A stretch of 63,387 nt of DNA, from the IMG/VR virus record IMGVR_UViG_3300037558_002241, positions 1 to 63,387 of that record. The stretch is one strand, 5' to 3'. Shown here piece by piece: positions 37,817 through 47,849 of this stretch. Below the pieces are notes generated by a model. That model did not search any database. It saw only the letters and a list, made by a program, of their open reading frames with translations, and was not told the DNA's origin. Source of the stretch: a virus (lineage: Duplodnaviria > Caudoviricetes). The first letter of the stretch is position 1; every line of letters begins with the position of its first letter. The position numbers were made by a program, and so were the translations under genes.

Positions 37817-38452
37817 ATTATCGCCTTTTTTGAGTTTACGGTTGATAAATTGACTAGAATCAGTATATGTCAAAATTGCTCGCATGTCATCTTTGATAAT
37901 ATTGATATACTGTGGAAGAAGAGCAAAAATTTCACGTTTTTTGTCATTTCTCTTTTCTTCATACTCTAAGTTTGAAATAGACACACATCCAGTTTCTGTG
38001 TAATTTAGACCATTCTCAGAGTAAGTAAAAGTATGATTTGCATCACAACTTATACCAGCAGTTTGAATTATGATGTTTTCGGAGTTTCTGCGTTCAATAG
38101 TTTCATAGTGGTGAATATTGCTTAGATTTTCTGGACCACCATACTTATTGTCAAGGTATCGTTTGAAATCATACCCATTCATAGGCCACTCATCCCTAAC
38201 ATTGATAATGTTATTGGATAAAAGAACAATCCAATCAAGAGTAGGATCTCCATATAATGTTTTTGCTACGTTATCTGGGCGATCATCTCCTATAACAACA
38301 AATTTTCTAAATGATGTAAGACTTCCATAGATATCATCACGAATTTTACCTCGTTTGAAGATATTTGTTGTTTCAACATAGTCAAAACTAGATGACCTGT
38401 TATCTGAGAATGAAGGTAGTAAAACCTTTGGAAAATTTGTAAAATAAGGCAT
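37793..38452 (-). CDS. gp53: Baseplate wedge protein gp53
   Basis: YFTNFP, DRPDNVA..LYGD..LDWIVLL.N.I..EWP, IHHYET, EYE..N..KR.I. Confidence 0.9.
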   Translation of the reverse strand: MPYFTNFPKVLLPSFSDNRSSSFDYVETTNIFKRGKIRDDIYGSLTSFRKFVVIGDDRPDNVAKTLYGDPTLDWIVLLSNNIINVRDEWPMNGYDFKRYLDNKYGGPENLSNIHHYETIERRNSENIIIQTAGISCDANHTFTYSENGLNYTETGCVSISNLEYEEKRNDKKREIFALLPQYINIIKDDMRAILTYTDSSQFINRKLKKGDNLRIASPR

Positions 38453-40128
38453 TAGAATCCGATGTCCTCCTCATTGATTTTATTCTCGCCCATAAGAGGA
38501 CCTTTTATTTCGCCATTATTACCTGCTGAGACAGCAGCATCAACAGCACCAAACAGTTTTTTGCTTCCGTCTGGTCCATCTCCAGTGTAATCTTCGCGGA
38601 ACAGAGGAGTCAATTCAGTAAATGATAAGATCATTTGAGATCTTACCGGTGATGAACCTGCAAGTTGATCATGATATGATTGATAAACACCTTGATCAGT
38701 AAAATTGATTGCACATTGAGTCAATGCACATATTTTATGAATAGGAAGACCTCTAATTCTAGTTGCCCCATTGAAGTAAGAAATCCTAAAAACATCTGGA
38801 GATCCTAAGAAGAGGGTATCCTCAACACCACTCTCACCTGCTGTGGATGCTTGGGGTAACATACCTTCTCTAAAGAATCGTTGAATTTTTCTAGACTCAC
38901 TTGCATCTTGTTCGCTGTTAGGTGCAAAATCAAATCGGAAAGCAAAATTCCTCAATTTAGGACCAGAGAATAGTAGTTCTAAATTAGGGTTCAATGTTTG
39001 ACCAGTTTCTCTAGTAATAAACTGTGCTGGATCAACGTTGATACCTACTTTGGAAAGAGCAAATTTAGCGATAGCAGCAGAGAGTGCTGTTTGGGCATTT
39101 CCGCCTGACGTTGCTGCTTTTGATATAGCACTAAGAGCACCGAAACCTCCTGTTACTGCTTCTATCATCATTTGTAGTCCACTTCCCCCTGCCGCAGCAA
39201 TTTTCTCGTTTGCTTGAAAGAAAGTTGCTGCTTCAAGAGGGTTGGCAGTAGCACCGCCCCAATCAACACCATTACTAACATTCAAATCATTTGGAATTGG
39301 TAGTTTGACAAGACCAATAAATTTTTTCAAATTGGTGCCTCTTTTCATACCTCCATTTATGACAGCGTTTATGTTATTCTTCGTTGTGTCTGCTTGAGGG
39401 GGTTTATATTCAAATCTTTCAATTCTAATATAATCATTACCTGGTGTTATACCATCTTCTGAACTACTGCTGTATAGAGCATCTACTGGGTATGAAAGAT
39501 TTACAATTTTATCAGTTTTGCTTTCGATTACCACAGTATCATCGGCATCTTCCAGTTCTACTGCTAACAGTCCCGATGCTGTCTTCGCATTCGGACTGAC
39601 GGGAGCACCATTTGCCAGTAAGTTGGGGAATTGAGCCAAAAGTGCCGCATTATATTGATGACCGGGGAGATTTCCTGCAAATCTCTTTAGATTGTCTATA
39701 GGTCTCCCTGAGGCATCTAATTGTAGTAAGTTTCCTTTACCAATCCTATCTAACGCTGCTTTTAGTTCAGGTATTCTACGACTCTTATCTGCTTCCTCTG
39801 CCATGCTGTCAATTGCTTTGATATATCCCAGTGATACCTCAGCAGTTTTTAGAAGAGATTTGAATTCTGCTGAATCTTTTCCTAAATTTTGATACCCTGA
39901 TGGTATAAGATTCCCCATAGAGTCTTTTTGAATCCTCTGCATAGACAATATAGATCCAAAATCAGGATGCGCTGAATCTGCATTGACTAGTATTTTGGTT
40001 TCTTTGCCGTTTTGTACTGGCAGTCCTCCTTTATTGTTAGACACCATGCATTGTCTTGGAGAAAAGCACGTAGGTACTTGCTTTGGAGCGTTACTGGAAG
40101 GATTTGTTACTGGGTTAGATGATGGCAT
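38452..40128 (-). CDS. gp48: Baseplate tail-tube cap gp48-like
   Basis: LPIP, NPNLELLFSGPKLRNF.F.F.F.P, FL.SP.VF.I.Y, CAL, LSFTEL.P. Confidence 0.8.
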   Translation of the reverse strand: MPSSNPVTNPSSNAPKQVPTCFSPRQCMVSNNKGGLPVQNGKETKILVNADSAHPDFGSILSMQRIQKDSMGNLIPSGYQNLGKDSAEFKSLLKTAEVSLGYIKAIDSMAEEADKSRRIPELKAALDRIGKGNLLQLDASGRPIDNLKRFAGNLPGHQYNAALLAQFPNLLANGAPVSPNAKTASGLLAVELEDADDTVVIESKTDKIVNLSYPVDALYSSSSEDGITPGNDYIRIERFEYKPPQADTTKNNINAVINGGMKRGTNLKKFIGLVKLPIPNDLNVSNGVDWGGATANPLEAATFFQANEKIAAAGGSGLQMMIEAVTGGFGALSAISKAATSGGNAQTALSAAIAKFALSKVGINVDPAQFITRETGQTLNPNLELLFSGPKLRNFAFRFDFAPNSEQDASESRKIQRFFREGMLPQASTAGESGVEDTLFLGSPDVFRISYFNGATRIRGLPIHKICALTQCAINFTDQGVYQSYHDQLAGSSPVRSQMILSFTELTPLFREDYTGDGPDGSKKLFGAVDAAVSAGNNGEIKGPLMGENKINEEDIGF

Positions 40129-40131
40129 AGT

Positions 40132-40557
40132 TTAGTCCTTATAAAATCCTTTCCGATATACCTTAGATGGACTAATATCAATTTCAATAGCGCCGAGGTC
40201 TCTGACAAATTGCTCTGAATCAAGTGCTACTGCTTTGTCCCACTCTTCCATTGAAATTTGTAAAAATGGACTATTTACATATGATTTTAGGTATTTATGA
40301 TAACCTCGCAAACGTGTAAAATCACTGCCTGAATCGATATATTGTATCAATGCTCTTCGATTTGCTGGGAGGTGATAATGTAGGTTGATTCCATAGAATA
40401 TGTTTTTACCTTCTCTTGCTACCACATAACATAGGGGATTCCTATCGTAGTATGGTAATTTTAGGGCAGTTTTTGCTGTATAGTGGAATAATGAAATAGA
40501 TCCTGGAGCAGGTTCACCTACCAATGTAGATTTTGGAAATTCATCTCTATATTCCAA
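40132..40557 (-). CDS. DNA end protector gp2-like
   Basis: F.Y.AK..LPYYD.NPL, FYGINLHY, H.YL...V, EW; T4-like synteny. Confidence 0.75.
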   Translation of the reverse strand: MEYRDEFPKSTLVGEPAPGSISLFHYTAKTALKLPYYDRNPLCYVVAREGKNIFYGINLHYHLPANRRALIQYIDSGSDFTRLRGYHKYLKSYVNSPFLQISMEEWDKAVALDSEQFVRDLGAIEIDISPSKVYRKGFYKD

Positions 40558-40978
40558 GTTCTTTCTCCGTCATTACTTGAAATTCCCACTTTCGATCAGA
40601 ACAAAACTCTTCTGCTGCTTTCCATTTTGCTAAATTTTTAGCATATTCTAGAGATTCGTAAATATGTTTTCTAGTCCTCTTTTTTGTAGTTGGAGGAGCA
40701 CACTGTTTGGCAGGTTTTACTTCAATAACCTTCTCTACTACTTGACCATGTACATTCTTGTATTTGATGTAGAAGTCAGGAAAGTATCTACGAACTTTTC
40801 TTGTAGTTGGATCATAATATGGAATATGAAATTCTTCAGATGCCCATTGTAGTATTGATTCTTTCCGGTCACAATATACCATAAACTTACGCTCCCACAA
40901 TGAGCGATAGATTATGTTTCTAGAGTCCCCTTTGTATTTTTTGGGGTTTGATGGTCTATAGCGACCTTGATAGGACAT
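40547..40978 (-). CDS. gp4: Head completion protein gp4 (TnsA-like nuclease fold)
   Basis: YQGRY.P.NP.KY.GD, IYRSLWE, WASEE, RYFPDF, IEVKP, N.AKW.AA; TAAATA on the minus strand at 41001-41006. Confidence 0.9.
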   Translation of the reverse strand: MSYQGRYRPSNPKKYKGDSRNIIYRSLWERKFMVYCDRKESILQWASEEFHIPYYDPTTRKVRRYFPDFYIKYKNVHGQVVEKVIEVKPAKQCAPPTTKKRTRKHIYESLEYAKNLAKWKAAEEFCSDRKWEFQVMTEKELGI

Positions 40979-41013
40979 ACATAGTATAGCGACCATAGTG
41001 TATTTAGATAGGG

Positions 41014-41919
41014 ATGGCCAAACCCAACGCCTTTGAAAGAGCAAACATAAGCACGGACAAACTTTATGATGGCAGTTCTCAAAATGGAGCGTTGAATCCT
41101 GCTTTCAATAACCAATACGATGTTTCTATCAATTTTGGAGATGCTGAAGGTGGAAATTTGTTGAATTACATCAAAAAATATGATAAGAATGGACGAGGTG
41201 AACCTGGTCAATTCCTATCGTTATTTTGTTCTGAGGCACTGCTACCTGGATCTCAAATTCAAACTTCTAAAGTTGATGGACTCCGCCAAGGATTGTCTCA
41301 GGATTATGCAATATATCGTAGATATCCAGATATCAACTTGACTTGGTATTCAACGCAAGATTATTTTACTAATGATATTTTCAATGCTTGGATGGAGTTT
41401 ATCTCTCCTTTAGATATTGGTTCATTTGGAAAACGTAAAGCAGATAGGGAGACTCGAAAAAACTCAAAAAATGCTGGTCGTAGACTGCAATACCCAAATA
41501 GTTATAAGTGTGGTATGCAAATTACTGCATTATCTAGAGATGGTGGTAGTAATTTTATTACTTATCATATTGAAAGAGCATTTCCAACCAGTATTATCGC
41601 TGCTCCTCTTGCATATGGTAAGGCAGAACTAATCAAGACTACAGTATCATTCAAATACGAAAATTACTTTACTGAAAGGAGTGGGGTTGGAACTGTAAAA
41701 GATACTGCTATTATACTGTCAGAGAAAGAAAGACAAGCAGCAACAGAAGCAGCAGCAAAAGCGGAAAGGGAAGCTAATCAAGACTTTGCTGATGATACTG
41801 GCAAAACTCTTGCAGAGGCAGCAATTCTTAGAGGTGGAGGATCTCTTCCAGAAGTAGTTATTGATGGGGGTACTGGCAATAGGAGTGGTAACACACTATC
41901 TAACAGCACCACTGCGTGA
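41014..41919 (+). CDS. Tail tube/baseplate tube-initiator protein (gp54/gp19-like)
   Basis: LFCSEALLPG, R.Y..I.LT.Y, F.AWM, AFP.SI...L.YG, VSF.Y. Confidence 0.7.
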   Translation: MAKPNAFERANISTDKLYDGSSQNGALNPAFNNQYDVSINFGDAEGGNLLNYIKKYDKNGRGEPGQFLSLFCSEALLPGSQIQTSKVDGLRQGLSQDYAIYRRYPDINLTWYSTQDYFTNDIFNAWMEFISPLDIGSFGKRKADRETRKNSKNAGRRLQYPNSYKCGMQITALSRDGGSNFITYHIERAFPTSIIAAPLAYGKAELIKTTVSFKYENYFTERSGVGTVKDTAIILSEKERQAATEAAAKAEREANQDFADDTGKTLAEAAILRGGGSLPEVVIDGGTGNRSGNTLSNSTTA

Positions 41920-41926
41920 CCCCTTC

Positions 41927-41932
41927 TAAATA
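41927..41932 (+). promoter_or_regulatory. T4-type late promoter motif
   Basis: TAAATA about 20 nt upstream of gp26. Confidence 0.6.
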
Positions 41933-41953
41933 AAGTTACTGAATTGAATAATT

Positions 41954-42676
41954 ATGCCATTACCTAAGGTCGTAGCACCTATTTTTGAAGTTACTTTACT
42001 TTCTACTGGCAAACCTGTAAAATATCGCCCTTTCCTTGTCAAAGAAGAAAAGGCACTTTTGATTGCTTTAGAAAGTGGTAATCAGAAAGACATTATTTCT
42101 ACAGTAAAAGAAGTTTTGAAAGCATGCGTGACTTCACGTATCAAAATTGAAACTTTACCTAGTTTTGATCTCGAATATTTGTTTTTGAATATCCGTGGCA
42201 AATCTGTTGGTGAGACTGTTGATCTATTGATTACTTGTGATGATGACCCTGAAACTCAGGTTCCTTTGAAAATTCATATGTCAGACATTGGTCTTGATGT
42301 TCCAGACAACCATAAAGATAAAATTGATCTTGGTGGTGGGATTGGGATTCAACTAAAGTATCCTTCTATGAATGAGTTTCTGGAACAAAACTTTAGCGTT
42401 GATGTCAAAGAAAAGGTAAAACTTGATGATGCTTTCAAGGCAGTTGCAAAATGTGTAGAAACTATCTACACCGAAGATGAGGCATGGACATCATCTGATT
42501 GTACCCAAACTGAAATTATCAAGTTTATTGAACAACTAAGTTCTCAACAGTTCAAAAAAATTGAAGAGTTCTTTGAAACAATGCCTTGTTTGAAATATGA
42601 GGGTAGTGTCGAAAATCCTAACACAGGAGTAGAAACGGCAGTTGTCATTGAAGGTATGGCAAATTTTTTCGGATAA
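41954..42676 (+). CDS. gp26: Baseplate hub assembly protein, gp26-like
   Basis: MPLPK..P, YRPFLVKEEK.LL.A.E, FDLEYLFL.IR.KSVGE, KYPS, FFETMP, EG.ANFF. Confidence 0.88.
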   Translation: MPLPKVVAPIFEVTLLSTGKPVKYRPFLVKEEKALLIALESGNQKDIISTVKEVLKACVTSRIKIETLPSFDLEYLFLNIRGKSVGETVDLLITCDDDPETQVPLKIHMSDIGLDVPDNHKDKIDLGGGIGIQLKYPSMNEFLEQNFSVDVKEKVKLDDAFKAVAKCVETIYTEDEAWTSSDCTQTEIIKFIEQLSSQQFKKIEEFFETMPCLKYEGSVENPNTGVETAVVIEGMANFFG

Positions 42677-42855
42677 TGATGTACCATACGACTATTGATG
42701 CCCATATGGAAGTCAACTTCGCATTATTGCAGCATCATCATTGGTCGTTGAGTGATATTGAGAATCTTATACCATGGGAACGAGAGGTATATATAAAATA
42801 CCTATCGAATATGTTGGATAAACAAAAGTTAGAGATGCAAAACGCTAATGGATAG
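42676..42855 (+). CDS. gp51: Baseplate hub assembly catalyst, gp51-like (59 aa)
   Basis: Manual translation MMYHTTIDAHMEVNFALLQHHHWSLSDIENLIPWEREVYIKYL... Confidence 0.8.
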   Translation: MMYHTTIDAHMEVNFALLQHHHWSLSDIENLIPWEREVYIKYLSNMLDKQKLEMQNANG

Positions 42856-44623
42856 CAACACTGTCACAGCAGTAACACCATTACTTGCTCCTGTAAGGAG
42901 TGAGGTAAATCGTGCACAAAATACTGCGGACGAAGTTGCTGAAAACCAGGGTAAGGTAACTAGAAGACTTGGCAGTATTCTCCTTGATATGGAGAGAATG
43001 GATGCCAGCATGAAGGTTATCCGTAAAGAGATCCAGAAAGATATTAGGACAAGACAAAGGGAACTGAATAGAGAATCTAAGATAATTCAAAAAGACCAAA
43101 AAAATTTAGAACTACTGAAAACTAGTTTCTTTGGTATTAGAGAATTTGTTGGAAAAGTAGCATTTGTTTCTGCAATTGGTAACCTTCTCAGAGGTGACTT
43201 TGGCAATGCTACTGTTGATGCTGGCACTGCCGCACTCGCTTACCTACCAGAAATAGCAGGAGGAGTTGCCAGTATACTTGGCATCAAAGCTATTGCTGGA
43301 AGTAGAGGAGGAAGGACACCTCAAGGGGGCGTAAGACCAGCAGGAGGACTTCCTGGTAGAGGTAACATGGGTAGAGGACGTGCTGGTGGTATCATGGCGC
43401 TACTTGCTTTAGGAGCAATGGCGCTTGGTGGAATGAGCGGAGGGCAACAATCAGGCGATCAAAAACGTGGTCAACTTTTGCAACAAGAAGTTGCATCTGG
43501 AAATATCATCAATCGAGATGACGTTGAAAGATTTGGGAGTATATCTAGAAGATTTAGTAGAGCGTTAGATCGTTTTGTTGGATTGACGTTGGGAAAAGAT
43601 AAAGAGGATGAATCTTCCAAAGAATCCGACGGTGATAAAGACGGGGACAAGGATAAAGGAAGAGATCCTTATCAGGATCCGGGAGGAACCAGAGTAACTG
43701 ATGATGCTGATCAAAGCAAAGCGTTCCCGTCTGGAATGGTTACTGGACCTGAGGCAAATATTGGTATGACACCTACTGCTGATGGTAGGAATTCATATCA
43801 TGTGGATACGAAATTCAATAAAGATCTTCCGATGGAAGATGTTGTCAATATGATGGATCAACTTGCTAGAGGTTATGAAGAGCAAGGTAGAACAATGGAG
43901 TTTTCAAATACTGCGGTAGCAGATAGAAGGTATAGTACTGATATGACTTATGCTGAGAAAGTAAAACTCATGGAAGATGCTTTTGCTGCACATTCTCATA
44001 GTTCGTCCGGTCAGTTCAATAGTATTGATTACTATATCAATAAAGAGAACGAGACTCGTAGTGGTCAAAGTGCTGAAAATGCTGAAATATTATTGCCAAC
44101 TTTGGGTGGAAGTAGTATACGATATGGAGAATCTCCTGGATACGGTGCATTTGCTAATACTGTAGATGCTAATGGTAAGATACTTACTAAAACTGGACAT
44201 GGAGATGATAAAAAGTTTGAGATGCCATTGGGCGGTCTTGTTATAGATATTGATCCTACAGAAATACAAGACCCTTTGACACAGGATACGCCGTCCATCA
44301 ATCCTGCGTCTTCAGAAACACCTCGTTCGCAGCAAGTCGATCCTCTGCCGCCAAATTATCAACCTGCTAAAATTGAGACTCCACAAAACATAGAACCACC
44401 TAAAGAAGAATCCGGAGATCAAGCATCATTGCCATTAGATCTTCCAAATATAGGAGGAGGACAGGAATCTACTCCTGCACCACAACCTATTGCGGGTGCT
44501 AGTCCTCCTCCAAGTAATACTGATGTTAGGGTGGAAGCAATTGCTTTCAGTGGTACTGGCAATGCCATTGCTAATTTGAGTTTGTTGTCTAACTACAATT
44601 CTCCATCTTTGATAGCAACATAA
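42848..44623 (+). CDS. Virion structural protein, hub/tape-measure-like, possibly with a muralytic domain
   Basis: Coiled-coil N-terminus, Gly-rich hydrophobic segment, Pro-rich tail; position after gp26/gp51. Confidence 0.55.
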   Translation: MDSNTVTAVTPLLAPVRSEVNRAQNTADEVAENQGKVTRRLGSILLDMERMDASMKVIRKEIQKDIRTRQRELNRESKIIQKDQKNLELLKTSFFGIREFVGKVAFVSAIGNLLRGDFGNATVDAGTAALAYLPEIAGGVASILGIKAIAGSRGGRTPQGGVRPAGGLPGRGNMGRGRAGGIMALLALGAMALGGMSGGQQSGDQKRGQLLQQEVASGNIINRDDVERFGSISRRFSRALDRFVGLTLGKDKEDESSKESDGDKDGDKDKGRDPYQDPGGTRVTDDADQSKAFPSGMVTGPEANIGMTPTADGRNSYHVDTKFNKDLPMEDVVNMMDQLARGYEEQGRTMEFSNTAVADRRYSTDMTYAEKVKLMEDAFAAHSHSSSGQFNSIDYYINKENETRSGQSAENAEILLPTLGGSSIRYGESPGYGAFANTVDANGKILTKTGHGDDKKFEMPLGGLVIDIDPTEIQDPLTQDTPSINPASSETPRSQQVDPLPPNYQPAKIETPQNIEPPKEESGDQASLPLDLPNIGGGQESTPAPQPIAGASPPPSNTDVRVEAIAFSGTGNAIANLSLLSNYNSPSLIAT

Positions 44624-44624
44624 T

Positions 44625-46535
44625 ATGAAGAACTTTGCAGCAGTAACTCAGTTAGTAATTAGACGCAATCGTCTTATTACTGAAGGCGAAAATAGAAATC
44701 TTAGAGCAAGAGAAAAACTTTCTAAACAAAGAGAAAGTGCTTACTCAAGTTTCAAAGCAGAGTTAGCAAGAGAAAAAGAAAAAACTAATAATCCTTTTAC
44801 TGGTGGGGGATTATTAGGTGCCCTTGGTACTGGTGCTATAGGTACTGGTCTTCTCAATAAAATTAGGGGTGGTCGTGGTGGTCCTGGTGTTCGTCCCGGT
44901 CGCGGTGGTCGTCCTGGTCCTGGTGGTGGTAGAGTAAAACCTGGGAATAAGATTGTTCCTGGACCTAGAGCTAAAATTCCTGGTGGGGGAGGGTTGCGTG
45001 GTGGTCTGCGAATGGGAAGATTCAACGCTGTTGCCACTACAGCATTGACTGGTGTTGATTATGGAATGAGACTGTCAGAGGGTCAGACACAAACACAGGC
45101 AGTTAGTGGTGCACTTAGCACAACAGCAGGTGGTTTGGCAGGTATGGCTGCTGGTGCCAAAGGTGGTGCTTTACTTGGTGGATCTATTGGTGCATTTTTT
45201 GGTGGAGTGGGTGCTGTTCCTGGTGCTGCTATTGGTGGTGCTCTAGGTGGTTTGATAGGAAGTTTTACTGGTGCAAATTTAGGTGCTGGTATTTCTGATA
45301 AACTTACTGGTGTTGGGCAAAGTGCAGACTTACGTAGACAACTAGAAATTCAGAAAAGTAAATTATCTGAGACCACTAAAATGCGGGGGTCGAATGATGA
45401 TTATGATGAAGCAGTTACTAAGTTAGAAAGTCTGGTTATTGGAGGAGAAGATGGAAGTGGTGGTGGTATCCCAAACTTCCTAAATGCTGATGACGAGGGA
45501 GATCCTCCACCTACTGGTTTAGGTAGAGGAGGAACAAATGGACCAAACGCACCTTCTTTTCAAGAACAATTAGATAAAATAAAAAGAAAAGCAATTCCGG
45601 CAGAAGTTGGTGATTTTGTTCCTGATCTGAGAGCAAAATTTGATGAAAGTGGGGGGCAGCGTCAAGCAGTAGATACTCCTTACGGTCGATTGATTATGTC
45701 TCCACGTACTGGAATATTTGATCCCAATAAGAGTATTCCTAAAATGCGGTTTATCTCTAATGAGGAAACTGCACTTCGTAGGGAGTATACACAAAGAACA
45801 CTTGATAATCCTCTTATAGGAGGGTTTCTTGTTGGACAAGACCTACTCAATAATATACCTATTGCTAAAATTGGTGGAGGACGTGTGCGAGGTCCTGTGC
45901 AAACTAAACAACCTCCGAAACTTACTGCTCCTCCGAGAACTTCCCCGAGAACTGTTCCTCCTGTAACTTCTAGAACACCTGCTGGTCAGAGTATTTACGA
46001 TAGAATTTTTGGACCAGGACGAAGAATACCAAAGGTAATGTCTCCAGAAAAACCTCCGAAGACTGCACCTGCACCTACTGGAGAACAAATCCTTATGGAT
46101 AGACTCCAATCTACGCCACAACAATCTTCCAAATTTAGTAATTTCTTCCAATATTTGAAGGGTAGAAATCAAGCGAAGCAAGATGCTAAGGCAGATATGA
46201 CAAACCAGAGTTTTCTAGATAACATTACAAAACCAACTCAGAAAAACTTTGTACGAGACAGAACCCAAGCTGCTCAACAAAGTGGAAGTGGATTGGCAGA
46301 GTTCTTCTCTAATTTCAAAAACCCGCTTCCTAAAGTTGGTAAGGGTAGTGGTATTGATTTGAATGGGTTAGCACCATTATTCCTGCTGCCACTTTTAGAT
46401 ATTGCAAAACCACAAGAACAAATGAGTCAGGCAACCCCAAAACAACCAAAGGAAGAACCTTCTGGCAGCGTTATGCCTGGGGGTAATAATAAATATGGCA
46501 TAGATGTCTTTTCCTATCTGGATATTATCAAGTAA
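44625..46535 (+). CDS. Virion structural protein, tape-measure-like with glycine zipper
   Basis: GA.IGG..GG..G glycine-zipper repeats; Gly/Arg/Pro low-complexity segment. Confidence 0.55.
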   Translation: MKNFAAVTQLVIRRNRLITEGENRNLRAREKLSKQRESAYSSFKAELAREKEKTNNPFTGGGLLGALGTGAIGTGLLNKIRGGRGGPGVRPGRGGRPGPGGGRVKPGNKIVPGPRAKIPGGGGLRGGLRMGRFNAVATTALTGVDYGMRLSEGQTQTQAVSGALSTTAGGLAGMAAGAKGGALLGGSIGAFFGGVGAVPGAAIGGALGGLIGSFTGANLGAGISDKLTGVGQSADLRRQLEIQKSKLSETTKMRGSNDDYDEAVTKLESLVIGGEDGSGGGIPNFLNADDEGDPPPTGLGRGGTNGPNAPSFQEQLDKIKRKAIPAEVGDFVPDLRAKFDESGGQRQAVDTPYGRLIMSPRTGIFDPNKSIPKMRFISNEETALRREYTQRTLDNPLIGGFLVGQDLLNNIPIAKIGGGRVRGPVQTKQPPKLTAPPRTSPRTVPPVTSRTPAGQSIYDRIFGPGRRIPKVMSPEKPPKTAPAPTGEQILMDRLQSTPQQSSKFSNFFQYLKGRNQAKQDAKADMTNQSFLDNITKPTQKNFVRDRTQAAQQSGSGLAEFFSNFKNPLPKVGKGSGIDLNGLAPLFLLPLLDIAKPQEQMSQATPKQPKEEPSGSVMPGGNNKYGIDVFSYLDIIK

Positions 46536-47815
46536 TGAAGAATAGGAATAACCGTTGGACTAAAGACTTCACTGTTCAAAAACTCAATGTTGTTACAGAT
46601 GAAGGATCTAGGTCTCTTCAATCTTTAGTAGGACAATCACTATCAATTAGATATGAAGAGAGTGCAGGTAACACACTAACAGTGTCTTTTGTGTTTTCTG
46701 ATGCAGTGGGATTCCGTGCTGCAACACCTCTTCGTAGTGGTCAAGCAGTAGAACTTGTTATTGATCACCCTAGTATTGATGAACCATTTGAGTTTAGTCA
46801 AAGTAAAAATAATGAACTAATAATTAGCAATATAATCTCGGCATTCTCTGATGCAAAGAGAGAAATATTTGGTTTTGAATGTATTACTCAAACTACTATG
46901 AGTAATCAAACAACACGTGTCATCAAGAAATACAAGGGTAAGATCTCTGACAGTGTTGAGAAAATTTTCAAAGAAGTTTTAGAAGTAGAAAGTGATAGAA
47001 TTGATATTGTAGATGATAGTTCAAATACCTATGATTTCATGGGTAATTACATGAGACCTCTTGATTGTATTAGTAGGTTGTCTGCAAAGACCGTTGGAGA
47101 CATTGAAGGTAAAAACTCTCCTGATAAAGGTAGTGCTGGTTATTTCTTGACCGAAACTGAACGTAGTGGGTATCGATTTTTCTCAGTTGACAAAGCACTA
47201 AAGAGAGAAGTAGAAGAAAATTATGTAAAAAAATCTGCCAAGTCTGCTACTGAAGTAAATAATTTTTCTTTGGTTGGGACACCAGAGTTTGTGGCAAGTC
47301 ATGATATCATCAAAAAACTCATGGAGGGACAATACAAATCAGCAAATTGGTACTATAATATCATTGACCGTACTCCACACTTTGTAGAATATAGTTACAA
47401 AGACAGTAAACTACCCAGTGCAAATGAAGATCAGTTTATTCCTAACGGAATTGACGAGAAATTTTCTAGAATATATACAACTGCACTAGACGTGGGGGCA
47501 ATGTCAGACAATACTGACTTGAAAACTATAGCAGAAACTGTTGCTTGGAGACAAGCACATGCATCTGCTAGGTATCAGTCATTGATGTCTGAATTTGTAA
47601 AGGTCACAATTCCTTTGAACCTTAGTATTCAAGTTGGAAGTATGTTGAACTTCAAATTTCCAAACCTAAATACTGAGAAGAATAAGGAAGGTGTAAACCC
47701 GTCCTCCGGTAACTATATGGTTTTCTCACTTGCACATGAGATGGGTAATCCAAAAGGTGCTTTTACTGGACTTTACATTGTTCGAGATTCCTTCACATTC
47801 TATTCTAATGACTAG
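46535..47815 (+). CDS. Baseplate hub/tail protein (gp27-like)
   Basis: I.YEES, Y.GKIS..V..I, F.GN..P..I..L, GY..ET..GY.F.S, SGNY.V..L.H; upstream of gp5; TAAATA at 46490. Confidence 0.6.
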   Translation: MKNRNNRWTKDFTVQKLNVVTDEGSRSLQSLVGQSLSIRYEESAGNTLTVSFVFSDAVGFRAATPLRSGQAVELVIDHPSIDEPFEFSQSKNNELIISNIISAFSDAKREIFGFECITQTTMSNQTTRVIKKYKGKISDSVEKIFKEVLEVESDRIDIVDDSSNTYDFMGNYMRPLDCISRLSAKTVGDIEGKNSPDKGSAGYFLTETERSGYRFFSVDKALKREVEENYVKKSAKSATEVNNFSLVGTPEFVASHDIIKKLMEGQYKSANWYYNIIDRTPHFVEYSYKDSKLPSANEDQFIPNGIDEKFSRIYTTALDVGAMSDNTDLKTIAETVAWRQAHASARYQSLMSEFVKVTIPLNLSIQVGSMLNFKFPNLNTEKNKEGVNPSSGNYMVFSLAHEMGNPKGAFTGLYIVRDSFTFYSND

Positions 47816-47849
47816 CGAAAACGTATTTATTGATAAGGAGTTCTAAACC

